DNA of 64,000 bases. Origin: Setoptus koraiensis (Eukaryota > Animalia > Arthropoda). The notes under the pieces were generated by a model. It made no database searches, was not told where the DNA came from, and saw nothing but the letters and a program-made list of their open reading frames with translations. The position numbers and the translations under genes were made by a program. The stretch covers positions 9,672,001-9,736,000 of the forward strand of contig CM106585.1 in the NCBI GenBank assembly GCA_048013815.1. The letters are read 5' to 3'. Below are positions 1 through 11,451 of this stretch, piece by piece; the first letter of the stretch is position 1; each line of letters opens with the position of its first letter.

Positions 1-662
1 GTTGTTGGCATTGTTGCGCAACGTTGCCGGCATCTAATTAGGAGCATCGGCGAGTTGGCGCATCGCCGGCATCATACTCTATGCGCACCGTTATCAAGTC
101 AGTGGGCCAGCCAACAGCAGCGGCCAACATCAAGTCGCCAGTCGGTGGGCCAACCGGCAACGCCAATTATGACGCCAGCCGGCCCGGCCAACAGTGTTGC
201 ACCAGTGCTATTATTACCGTTATTTGGCCATTAATCAACAAGTGATATCATGCATGGCACTATCAGCTGACTCACAACGTTGTCAGCACAACAACAAACG
301 GTTATGTAAGGCTTGCAACGATTTATAAGGCGACGCTTTATTATGCAACAGTTTATTATGCAACAGTTTATTGGTTTGTGGGCCAGTTGCTATTTGGCCA
401 CTAGCAACCTGTTGCTTCGATGCTTTAATGGTTGGCGCGGTGCGCAACTAGTGCGACTGTTACATTAATTGAGCCCGTCGTTGTGGCGACCAGCATGCCA
501 TTAGCTGCCCGAAAGGCTCGCTGCGCCGGGCATCCTTGTTGCCGGTCGCGGCTCGCGTCCGCTCCGCCCGGCCGCATCCGTCGAAATGAGCGTCTGTCCG
601 GCGCGCCGGCACTTGTAGTAGTACCGGCAAGGTAGTTGTGTTGTGATTTTGACAGCTGTTTC

Positions 663-713
663 AACAACAACAACGACAGCAACGACAACACCGACAACAA
701 CGACAACAACGAC
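663..713 (+). repeat. Imperfect (CAA/GAC)n trinucleotide microsatellite
   Basis: caacaacaacaacgacagcaacgacaacaccgacaacaacgac read directly; it generates the poly-N, poly-T and poly-V ORFs in the track. Confidence 0.9.
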
Positions 714-1043
714 AGTCTGCGAGCCGCCGTCTGTGGCGCGTTTGTCTCTAGCAGCCGACGATGGATGCACAGCCACTGCACACCGTTCACCTGTTGGCCA
801 GTGTGGCCACTTTGGCCACTTGGCCACAGTGTGCAGCGGCCAACAATCGGCTGCCCTCTTTTGGCCTGTCTGGTCTTGCTCAGCGGGCTTGTGTGTCAGC
901 TGTGACGAGACCAGATCTCTTATTTATTAGCGATTACAGTTTGCGCAATGCGCACTGTTGAGAGCGCCAATATGCTAATTAAAAGCAACCATTCACTCTC
1001 GCTTTCCGCGCCGCTCTTCCCACTGGACAATGCTGCCGCATAA

Positions 1044-1104
1044 CACTGCCGGACAGCACTGCCGGACAGCACTGCCGGACAGCACTGCCGGACAGCACTG
1101 CTGG
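1044..1104 (+). repeat. 13-bp tandem repeat (CACTGCCGGACAG), 4 copies plus degenerate tail
   Basis: Unit visible four times head to tail with no spacers. Confidence 0.9.
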
Positions 1105-1223
1105 ACAATACTACTGGACATAGCTGGCGCGCTGCAGCCGAGAATGTCCAGCCAGTTTACAAGTTTGTCTCTGTCCGGCCGTTGGCTGGCCGTCTGAGCG
1201 GCCGGTGGGCCGCCAGCAGGCGC

Positions 1224-1285
1224 ACAACAGCGCCAACAACAACAACAGCAACGGCAACAACAACAGCAACAGCAACAACAACGCC

Positions 1286-1329
<44 letters not shown>

Positions 1330-1339
1330 CGGCAACAAC
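1224..1339 (+). repeat. Long (CAA)n-rich microsatellite
   Basis: About 115 nt of caa/cag/cgg-interrupted CAA repeat. Confidence 0.95.
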
Positions 1340-2850
1340 AGAGTCCGAGTTTGTGCCGGAGTTGGGACTCGAGCAGCGCTATCGAGACCGCTCAGACGGA
1401 ACAAACAAGCGCTATTTCGAATCTTCGAAAACAACAAACTGACCGCAACTAACGGCCAGCTCACTCTACTTTGTAGCGAGCTGGCTACTTTGCAGTGGCG
1501 AGCTGCGCAGCTCGCTGCAAATGCAAATCAAATCCCGTATGCGTGACCACAATCGTCAAGTCGCTGGCGTCGCGGATGCTCGGGCCGCCGCATGGTCAGC
1601 GGTCGGTGGCGCCGGCCAGACGCAGACCAAGTGGCAGCCAGTGTGAACAGGTAACGAGCCGACGACTAATAGAGCGCCAACTGATCGCACACACACACAC
1701 ACATCGCGTCATGTTGCATTGTTCTCGAGCTAGCTCGCCACTGGCCACTGGCCGCTCGTTGTTTACAACCGCTGGCCAGTTGCGCAACAACAATTATTGC
1801 AAGATTTTGTTACGTAACACAATCTCGCAACCGTCAACCACCTACCTTTATGTGTTTGCCAGTCGCTGGCCATCTCATGCTAGGCGACTCATGCTAGGCG
1901 ACTCGCAGTGTGTGTGCCCAGCGCTGACTGTAATAGCGCGGCGATACTACCGGCTATAATGCCCACTATGATAATGTGGCCGGGTATGCCTAATCACCAC
2001 CTAGTTGTGATTAGGCACTTAATAAAAAACAAAACACAAAGCGCTCGAGCCCGTTAAGTCGACTAATCGTGTGTGAACATGCTGCCGCTTTTAGCTTCAT
2101 GCGGCTCCATGCGGCTCCGCGCGGCCCCGTGCGGCTCCCTGTCATGAGCCGCACGGACACTGGCGGACACTGGCGGACACTGGCGGACAATGAGCCATAC
2201 ATGCTCCTCGCGGGCAAATGGCCGTCGTCCATGCCGGTAGCAGTGATGCAAACAAACAAACGCTGGCGCCTCACGGCTTGTTCGCAAGCGAAAATGCATT
2301 AGATGAGGCCATCAACAAACAACAACAGCAACCATTGTTTGTCTTGTCTTCCTCTAGTAGCTTTATCACGACCATCTCGCTCTCTCCTTATTCTGGCATC
2401 ATCTATCCGGCCGGCGACCATACAACCATGCAACCAATTACGTCGTGGCTGCACAATATCCCGGCGTGCAGTTTAGCTCTTCCTCTATTCACTTTACAGC
2501 AATTACAAATTCATAACTTACCTGAGGCGTGCTGAGGCACACCAGCGCAGCCCAAACGAACAACGAGATTTCATTTTCATTGTTTACCTGTTGCTATTAC
2601 ACACAAACACACACACACGACACAATTATACTAATGATAATTATCGCCTCTTGTTTCACGCCATTAATTGCTCGTCCCGTTGCTCATATACATATCGCTG
2701 GTTGCATGCTGGCTGGCTGGCTGTTTATCTGGATGCATCCATCACATACCATAACCATCAACTAAACTCACTGTCCAACCAATTGCCGTCTAACCAACTA
2801 TAACCAACAACCCAACTATAACAAATTGGCGCGCTATATGGGCGACACAG

Positions 2851-3122
2851 GTCAAGCGTGCTCTATATGAGCTGCCCGATGGAGCGGAATATATTCTAGG
2901 CAACATACGAACCACCTTCAACTGTAACGGTCTCGGTTACGGCTATTACGCCGACACAGACAACGATTGCAAGATTTTCCATATTTGCCAATCATTTAAA
3001 ATGTCAGACGGCTCCATATATAATAATCACTGGAGTTTCATGTGTGGCAATCAGACCGTATTCAATCAAGTCTCACTGTCCTGCTCTCATCCTGAAGACG
3101 CTGTACCATGCGAAAATGCCAA
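2851..3122 (+). CDS. Chitin-binding type-2 (peritrophin-A/CBM14) domain protein, internal exon; 5' exon(s) not located
   Basis: Manual translation VKRALYELPDGAEYILGNIRTTFNCNGLGYGYYADTDNDCKIFHICQ...HWSFMCGNQTVFNQVSLSCSHPEDAVPCENA has the six-Cys spacing and the GYYAD, FHIC and WSFxCGNQTVF motifs. Acceptor acacag at 2850, donor AA|gtaagt at 3122/3123. Missed by the ORF track. Confidence 0.9.
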
Positions 3123-3344
3123 GTAAGTAAAGTTAATCATTATTACACTTTTGTCTGTCTGTATGCGAGACCACCTCGTTAAGCATATGCCACACAATGG
3201 GCGAACAAGCTGCATTATTATCATAATTGTTGTTGTTGTTGTTGTTAACTCTTGTTTCGCTGCTTGTCCTGCTATACCTACTAATGCATAATAATACTAA
3301 TGTATGATCATCGTCTGCTTTCTACTCGACATATACATAAACAG

Positions 3345-3465
3345 AGATTTCTATTACATTAACGACTACTTTGGTGAGGTCAGAAATCCGTCAGTGAAAG
3401 ACACAGATCTGAATCTGGCCAACGATTTGATTACCAAAGCCTACGGATCTAGAGTGGCCAATTAA
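3345..3465 (+). CDS. CBM14 protein, terminal exon (K-DFYYINDYFGEVRNPSVKDTDLNLANDLITKAYGSRVAN*)
   Basis: Acceptor ataaacag at 3344 is phase-2 compatible with the preceding exon; DFYY.N is the usual continuation of this domain; TAA at 3463-3465; AATAAA at 3782. Confidence 0.85.
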
Positions 3466-5315
3466 AATTAATGTGCTGTTTGTAGAACTGGCCAACACAA
3501 ACCAACCATCCAACAACCAATCAAACAATCAACAAACCGCAAACGAAAAACAACAAAAACGAAACAAAAAGCAAGACAGAGTGCCAACGTAATCATGTAC
3601 GTTACGATACTTCTCTCTCATGACTGGTTGCCAACTTTGCAACCCCAAAAACAACAACGACAACAACGACAACAACAACTCAATCGACATAAACAAACTC
3701 CTCTCTATTATAGGATCTTTTCGTTTCTTCTGTAATATCTTTTTATCCATATGATTTTTGTTAGCTTATTATTGTAAATTCAATAAAACAATACTATAAC
3801 TATAAAAAATAAATATTTAGTGGTCCAGATTTCTAGTTCAAGTTGATGTGAAAGCATCATTCATGGCACTCTGTTACTTTTGGTATTACGTGTCCATGTC
3901 AATGAATGAGAAATAAACATACACAAGTATTGTCGACTGAGGCTTAATCAAACTCTAGAAACGGATAAAGACACTCTACAATTCATGATTTTGAATATGT
4001 TCTCTGGTGGGCAAAAAGACTTTTCATTTTACGCTGTATCAAGAATATAACAAATTGGGAGTCGGTTGATACATAGGAACGTTTGTGAAATTCGCGCTAG
4101 AGAAAAATCTACAAGTTGATTTCAGTTTTGAAAAATATTTACTTTCTATAATTTCATTCTTTTCTTGTTTTAGGCTACATAAAGTTATATGCTAACCCTA
4201 TCATTTAAGTGTCATTGCTTTTGCATGATTTAACGAACACAGCATCGTCTTTGACAAAAGCAGACATTTTTCCTTGTCTTTCGGATTACTTGGCTTGAAT
4301 CAGTGGGGAGCCAAGGAATTATTCGAAGAGATTAGTTAAGATTACAAGGATTCTACGTCTACTTCCGCCTGTATACCAGTATCTTGTTCCACCGAGCCTC
4401 ATAGTTACATTGAGGTATATCTGACCTTGTTAGCGACGGCAAGAGCTCCATTGTCAGTGAATTGTTCATAATTTATGCTAATTGGTATGCATCATAACTA
4501 CTAACACAGACAATTTTACAGGAGTGTAAAGAAACAAGGATATGATGCACGCTGAGAATCACATGGTGGCTTAGAGTTTAAGAGCTATGATGAAAGTCCG
4601 CACAATCAATTCCTGAAACAATAAACTGCCAATTCGTTTTTTATAATTATCAAATAGCTGTTGTTTGCATAGTTGGGTATCTTGATGCGTTTTTTTTTGA
4701 AGCAAGAAGATGTGCGAGTGGTAAAGTGTTACAACATCTATTGAGAAAAGTAAAAAATATACTCATTGCAATCCAAAATATTTGTCTAGTTGTCGCCACG
4801 TCTTTTTGTTTGCAAATTGTCATTAGAATCTTTTAGTAGTGCTTATGTTGCTTGAGCACCCGTAAATTTTGATTCCACTAACACATTAACACTTACACAA
4901 TAAGTTGATATCACGTAGCTTCATCAGGGTGTGAGGACCTTTGATTTCTTCAATTTGTTATTTCAACGCACAATAAAGGGACGCAAACATTTGATTGAAT
5001 GTTTGATTCGTTCGTAAAGTTGGTAACTTTTTTTATACTAGTCCAACACCGGCCCTCACGGCTAGATCTCTAGCCATGTACACAGGGAGTATCTACAGTC
5101 ATAGTATCATAATACACAATCCATCCTTACCTTCAAGCAAATCTTGGCCCGCGTCTTTCTCTGTGAGTTCAGATTTAGCTTGCAATTCAGTTGATCATGT
5201 GGTTGGAGGGGAAATCTCTTTGAGAGGGTAGGTTGGGGGCAATGAGATGTACATGGAAAGGACCATAAACTATCTAAATAATTTACAACAACTTTAGTTC
5301 TTTATATTTTTTGGG

Positions 5316-5676
5316 CTATGATCTATCAACTGCTAACCAGTCCCCACTAGGAACGGAAGGTGTAGTCCCATTGCCTTGTTGCTGGGATTTTCCGGGTTGA
5401 GGCTGTTGTTGCGCGAACTGTTGTTGGTTTTGTTGTTGTTGTAAAGGCTGCTGCTGCTGTTGTTGTTGTTGATGCTGCATCTGAGCCCATAATTGAGGTG
5501 CCCATTGTTGATGTTGCAAGTAACCTCCGACTGACTGGCCCGAGTGCGGACCAAGTTGGAGGCTCTGCATTTGGGCTGTTAACTGTGGGATTGGAGCAAC
5601 ATAATGCAATGCTGCTGCGGCCTGGCTTGATGGATCTAGACCAGATGGAGGCATTACTGAAGGAGGAATAACATAA
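5316..5676 (-). CDS. shep: alan shepard/RBMS1-3 RNA-binding protein, exon 4 (Q/P-rich C-terminus)
   Basis: Acceptor ttttggaatag, phase 2, gives GQP-YVIPPSVMPP; open to TAG at 5316-5318. Confidence 0.75.
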
Positions 5677-5856
5677 CTATTCCAAAAGTAGTTAAGAACG
5701 GGTGATAACAAGGTAGTTAGTATCAGACCGATGAGACTGATCTAAAAACGGCCCTATCGACATGACTTTGCAACATATGAAATCTTCATCGTTTCATTTG
5801 TTGCAGTCAAAATCATCGGATAGCGATGAGTAACAGTGAATGGACGCAAAACTTAC

Positions 5857-6362
5857 GGCTGTCCGGCTTGACCTGGATGAAGCCATTGGGCGGAACTTGC
5901 CGCAGGGTAGGGAGACGCAGTGACTGACCCTGGGTAACCATGTGCGGTTCTAGGATAACCAATTTGTGTCATCATCTGATTTGGAAGATTATTATGAGAT
6001 ACACCTGGTTGGTGGTCGAAATTTGAAAGACCCATCATTTCCCCCGAATCTCTCCAGCGATTATCATTGTGTATTTTGTGATGGTGCATGCGCTTCCTGA
6101 TTCCACCATCGGCAAATTTAACAAGTAACGGTTCATTTCCACCCTTGCAAGGCTTACCATTTAAATGCTTTATAATTTGTTCACATTTGTCCCGAGTTTC
6201 CATTCGTGCGAATCCAACACCCCTAGGTAAGTTATTGCTAGGGTCTCTAAGAATTCTTGTCGATACTACCGGCCCATAATGAGAAAGTAAATTTTCAAGT
6301 TCTGGTTCATTCATGTGCGGCGGTAAATTAGCAAGATAAAGGTTTGTAGGATCCTGGTCATT
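5857..6362 (-). CDS. shep: alan shepard/RBMS, exon 3 (RRM2)
   Basis: DQDPTNLYLANLPPHMNEPELENLLSHYGPVVSTRILRD...RGVGFARMETRDKCEQIIKHLNG...EPLLVKFADGG is diagnostic of RBMS/shep; acceptor ctctctag, donor CC|gtaagt. Confidence 0.95.
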
Positions 6363-6512
6363 CTAGAGAGATGAGAGAGAATGAGTAGAAGTTATAGATT
6401 TGTTGCTGTAAGGTGGCTTGGTAACTTAGAATTCGAATTTGGTGTTGTAATAAAAACTTACTGAATTGTTGACAGAATTCTGATTATGATGATGAGTGAA
6501 AACTGGACGTAC

Positions 6513-6604
6513 TTTTGCCATCTGGGCTAGAACACCTTGTTTAAGGAGTTCTTGGACCGCTAACTCAGCTGCCTGAGGTGATTCGAAATCAACGAATCCG
6601 TAGC
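6513..6604 (-). CDS. shep: alan shepard/RBMS, exon 2 (RRM1 RNP1 to QMAK)
   Basis: [31 protein letters not shown]; acceptor tttcaccag, donor AAA|gtacgt. Confidence 0.92.
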
Positions 6605-6697
6605 CTGGTGAAAGGGTGTAGAAAAGAGATAAGTTGTAATACAGATGGATATTTTGAATATTATTGATGCATATATAATGTCGCGTTAATAACATAC

Positions 6698-7352
6698 CTT
6701 TGCACGAATTTGTAATCCTGTCCAGTATTGCTTTGGTAGATGAGATATTACCATATTTACTGCATAGATTATAGAGGTAGTCATCTGTAGCCTCAGCATC
6801 TAGTCCCCTAATGTAAAGATTAGTCTTACTCAAATGTTCATTGTGTCCACCTTGATGATGGTGGTGATGGTGATGGTGTTGCTGTGGTTGATTGTGATGA
6901 TGGTGCTGCTGTTGTTGATGATCATCATTACTGGCTAATGAGCCAGATATTGAGCTACACGGCATACTATTACTTAGGTTATTAGTCAGATTGCTAGTAT
7001 TCGATAATTGTAGCTGGTTATTACTAGTCGTAGTTCCATTGCTGTTCCTAGTCACCTGGCTCCCAATTGAGGGCGCAGACGATTGTTGTTGTTGCTGTTG
7101 TTGAGGTTGTGGTTGGGCAATACCATTTGATGGAGCACTATTTATAGCAGTATCATTGGTTACTTTAGAGGGTTGTTGCGACGACGAGGCAATGACTGCC
7201 GATCCAACTATGAAATTTGATCCGTTAATAGAATTGTTCATATTTGATTTGTTTGTAGAGATTTTTGCGATATTATTGTTGCTGTTGTTGTTATTATTAT
7301 TATTATTATTACTATTATTATTGTTATTAGTAGCACTGTTGTTGTTATTCAT
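6698..7352 (-). CDS. shep: alan shepard/RBMS, exon 1 (N/Q/H-rich N-terminus and start of RRM1)
   Basis: ATG at 7352 with an in-frame stop upstream; [13 protein letters not shown]...[20 protein letters not shown]; donor G|gtatgt at 6697. The four exons sum to 1614 nt, 537 aa plus stop. Confidence 0.9.
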
Positions 7353-9759
7353 AATATGCTTATTATTGTGTTTAGTTAATATCAGTGTGTCAATTGTTGA
7401 ATGTCAAGTCTTGTAAAAAATTCCAATGAGTAATTCATGTGTTGACAAGAGTGGTGTTCACATAGGCTATAATATCTCACTTGTTGGCCAATCTGGTTGA
7501 TTCACTAATAAGCTAGTAATATGCTAATAGTGATGGTGACGACGACGACGATGATGGGTCGAAATCGAATGTCCTGAAATGTAGAAATAAAAGCTTTGCT
7601 ACAGCAGTAATAATGGTAATAATTTAAGATGATAATAGTTTATAATTAATAGTAATATAGGTATAGTTCCAGCTATAAATGCGACATTAATTATCCAGCA
7701 ACAACATGTGTGTGTATGTGATACCGAGAGGCAATATCTATAAATATCTATAATATCAATAATATAGATTCTATATAGCAGTAGTAATAGTAATAATAAT
7801 GATAATAGTAATAATAATAATAATGGTGGCGATAGTAATGGGGGATTTAGCCAGTTAGCCAGAGACGAGACGAGCCGAGCCGAGACAGGAGACGCAGAGG
7901 GAGAGAATAGGATCGAATCTTAATGAAGATGGTGCGATAATTTACACACACACGCAACAGCAGCAGCGGCAGCAGCGAGAGCCAAGGGCACACAATTCGA
8001 ACTTTTCCACACAAGCACTCGCTCACACACAGCAGAAAGGCATTGGTGGTGGTGTGTGTGTGTGTGTATGTGTGTGTGCGAGCGAGTGTGTGTGTGTGTG
8101 CAATGGTCGCTTTGACGTAGAGTGGACGCGACGGCGCACAATTGCGGAAAGCTAGCAGATTGAGCGCATAAAGGTTATTATTTTATACGCTGCTTTATTC
8201 GCTGAAATGTGGACTGGCTGTGCGCACATTGTGCTGTTTCGCACACGGCGTCTTGCACAGCCGCCCCACTGCAGGGCAAAACAATCGCGCGTCCCAGTGT
8301 GTGTGCTTTTGTACCCAGCAGCAACAGCGGCAGCCAGAGAAGCGGCAGCGGCGTCGACATCACAACACGGAACGAATTCTCGCTCACCGATACCGAGTCA
8401 GCCGCACACAAAGTTCGCCGTATGCCCTACGTCTATGGGTGCCTGAATGCTTTGCTCTTTGTGAGTGTGTGTGTATTATTGTAAATTGCAACTTGCACAT
8501 AATGCGCCTTATACGCCGCTCACGGGCAACAACAGAATGAAAGATTCGAAAAAATAACTGTTGTTGTTTATGTGCGTTGTTCTCGTCCAAAATAAATTCC
8601 ACATTTATCCATCATACTGGCAGTGTATTATTTTTTTATTATATCCATTAACTACTGTCTAATTTCTCTAGGCACCAACACCAAAGATGCTGCTTTATCA
8701 TGGCTCACTGACCACCCTGCACAACAACCATCCATACGCTGCTCGGTTACTCATAACGGAAAATAATCAATAATTTCATCATTTATGTCAGCTGTCACAC
8801 TGTTTGCAACGTCAGCCACTTATCCGATTAATAGCGATAATTAGCCAGTCCAGGGAGCTAACAATAGTAATCTGTCAATCTCGCTATCTGACCAAACATC
8901 TAAACTCCATGATAACGAGCGATAACAACAATACAACTTGCAAGCACTCGTGAACAAACGCCGATCAGCCGATAACGTTTCCCTGATTGAGGACATGATT
9001 AGATATTTGTATTCAAGAGAAATATTTGTCTAGACTCTCTTTGTTGCCTACCCACACTCCGAACACACACACACACAATCATTCCCACCGACGCTATCAA
9101 CGAGATATGCGACAGCACGGCTTGCCGCGATGTACACCTTGCATCTTTATACGTATCAATTAATTACTATTGTTACTGGGATCTGATCTAACATGCATAT
9201 CCATCCTTGCCAACAACATATAGCATTATGATGGATTCAAGCGCCGACACCATCCACTCCAAGAAACACCACATATCAATCATATTACATAATACTAGGA
9301 ATGTAATACTCGCATAAATCTATCGCCATCTGATCTCCGTCTCATACAACTATAACCATCAACCATATTGTCGGCCATAACTCATAGTTCCTCATATTGT
9401 CGTCATCAGCGTAGGGTGATATTGACGAGAAACTTCTCGACGTAAATCCCTAAACAGCTACAAATTGCACTTATAAATCCACAATCGAAACAAGAAAATT
9501 GTAGTGTGAAATTCTTCAACAAAATACTGCCCTCCCCCACCTTCCATGAGAGAATGCAAATTGTCTAGAGCCATAAAATAGATTATTTTTACATAGAATT
9601 TTGTCGATATACACGGATGATGCATGCTTAGACACCAATCAACTGGTACCCGTGTTATAAAAAACCTCAACAAACCAAACTGCCTGGCTATACTTTTGAA
9701 TATAGGCCTGAAATATTTTCTTACATTTACATACCAGGAAAAAATAACTCATCATAACA

Positions 9760-11451
9760 ATGGGTGCTAATTGCTTTAAGGATGCCTCGAACCAAAGAGG
9801 TAAAAATTTTATTGATAAAGGGCAACCCGAAGTTAGGGGGCTCTGTCAGTTGATGAACCATGATCGCGCTTTTGGATCAGGCACTAGTGATCCGAATGGA
9901 ATGATAATGCGAGGGAACAACTTACCGCTAGGACAAAATCTTATTTCCCAAGACATACTTAATCATGATGGAGATCAACTCATAAATTCGGACTTAATTG
10001 TTCCGAACATGGTTATGGGAGCTAAACTAGCGCCAGACACCAAATATCAATACAACGAGGAAGCTGATAAAGGCAAAAAAATATGTATTGCCATGTATGG
10101 CTACGAACAGCGCACCGAAGACGATCTAGCTTTTGTTAAGGGAGAACATCTAGAAATTCTTGATGATACCCAAGGTGCCTGGTGGAAAGCGAGATCAAGA
10201 CTGACAAAGAAGGAAGGTTACATCCCTAGTAACTTTGTGGAAGATATCACCTCTATCACAGCAAAGCCTTGGTACTTCGGCAAGCTTAAGAGAATAGACG
10301 CCGAAAAGAAACTGTTGTCATCAGAGAATCATCATGGATCTTTTATAATTCGTGATAGTGAGAGTAAACGCGATGATTATAGTTTATCTGTCCGTGATAA
10401 TGACGACGTAAAACACTATAGAATTCGACAATTAGACACAGGTGGTTTCTTTATTGCTCGTCGCTCCACCTTTGACACCTTAGAAGATCTCGTTGCTCAT
10501 TACAGCAAGGACGCTGATGGCTTATGTGTAAATCTACGATTACCCTGCGAAAAATTAGACAAGCCAGAAACCCATGACTTGTCACACAAAACAAGAGATC
10601 AATGGGAAATCGACAGATCAAACATACAACTATTAACAAAACTCGGTTCCGGTCAATTTGGTCAGGTTTGGGAGGGTCTATGGAATGGAACTACGCCTGT
10701 GGCCGTCAAAACCCTCAAAGAAGGCTCCATGGATCCAGCAGATTTTCTAGCTGAGGCGCAGATAATGAAGGAGTTGCGCCATGAAAAACTCGTCAATTTG
10801 TACGCTGTTTGTACCAAAGAGGAACCTATATACATCGTCACAGAACTTATGAAGAACGGCTGCTTATCTGATTACCTCCAAAGTAAAGCTGGCAAACTCT
10901 TGAAGTTAGAAAATCTAATAAATATGGCTGAGCAAGTAGCCAATGGTATGGCATTCTTGGAATCGAAGAAATATGTTCATCGAGATTTGGCCGCCAGGAA
11001 TATCTTGGTGGGCGACACTAGTCACACACATATAGTGAAGATAGCCGACTTTGGTCTGGCTAGGTTGATTCGTGAAGATGAGTATGAGGCAAGAGCTGGA
11101 GCCAGGTTCCCTATCAAATGGACAGCGCCAGAGGCAGCTATATATAATAAGTTTAGTACTAAAAGTGACGTTTGGTCATTTGGTATATTTCTCACTGAGT
11201 TGATAACCTTCGGTAGGATCCCATACCCAGGCTTGAGCAATGCAGAAGTTCTGCAACAAGTCGAGCGAGGAATGCGCATGCAATTGAACACATTACAAGG
11301 ATGCCCCAAGGAGCTTTATGAAATAATGCTAGATTGTTGGCATAGAGATCCACAGAAAAGGCCCACATTTGAAACCTTGGAATGGAAAATGTCGGATTTC
11401 TTCACCACAGAACCGTCAGAATATAAAGAAACTAGTATAAATAGTAGATAG
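9760..11451 (+). CDS. Src42A: Src-family tyrosine kinase, Src42A/FRK type, single coding exon, 563 aa
   Basis: SH3 ([25 protein letters not shown]...EGYIPSN), SH2 ([34 protein letters not shown]), kinase [40 protein letters not shown], and C-terminal regulatory Tyr (SEYKE). Confidence 0.95.
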   Translation: MGANCFKDASNQRGKNFIDKGQPEVRGLCQLMNHDRAFGSGTSDPNGMIMRGNNLPLGQNLISQDILNHDGDQLINSDLIVPNMVMGAKLAPDTKYQYNEEADKGKKICIAMYGYEQRTEDDLAFVKGEHLEILDDTQGAWWKARSRLTKKEGYIPSNFVEDITSITAKPWYFGKLKRIDAEKKLLSSENHHGSFIIRDSESKRDDYSLSVRDNDDVKHYRIRQLDTGGFFIARRSTFDTLEDLVAHYSKDADGLCVNLRLPCEKLDKPETHDLSHKTRDQWEIDRSNIQLLTKLGSGQFGQVWEGLWNGTTPVAVKTLKEGSMDPADFLAEAQIMKELRHEKLVNLYAVCTKEEPIYIVTELMKNGCLSDYLQSKAGKLLKLENLINMAEQVANGMAFLESKKYVHRDLAARNILVGDTSHTHIVKIADFGLARLIREDEYEARAGARFPIKWTAPEAAIYNKFSTKSDVWSFGIFLTELITFGRIPYPGLSNAEVLQQVERGMRMQLNTLQGCPKELYEIMLDCWHRDPQKRPTFETLEWKMSDFFTTEPSEYKETSINSR

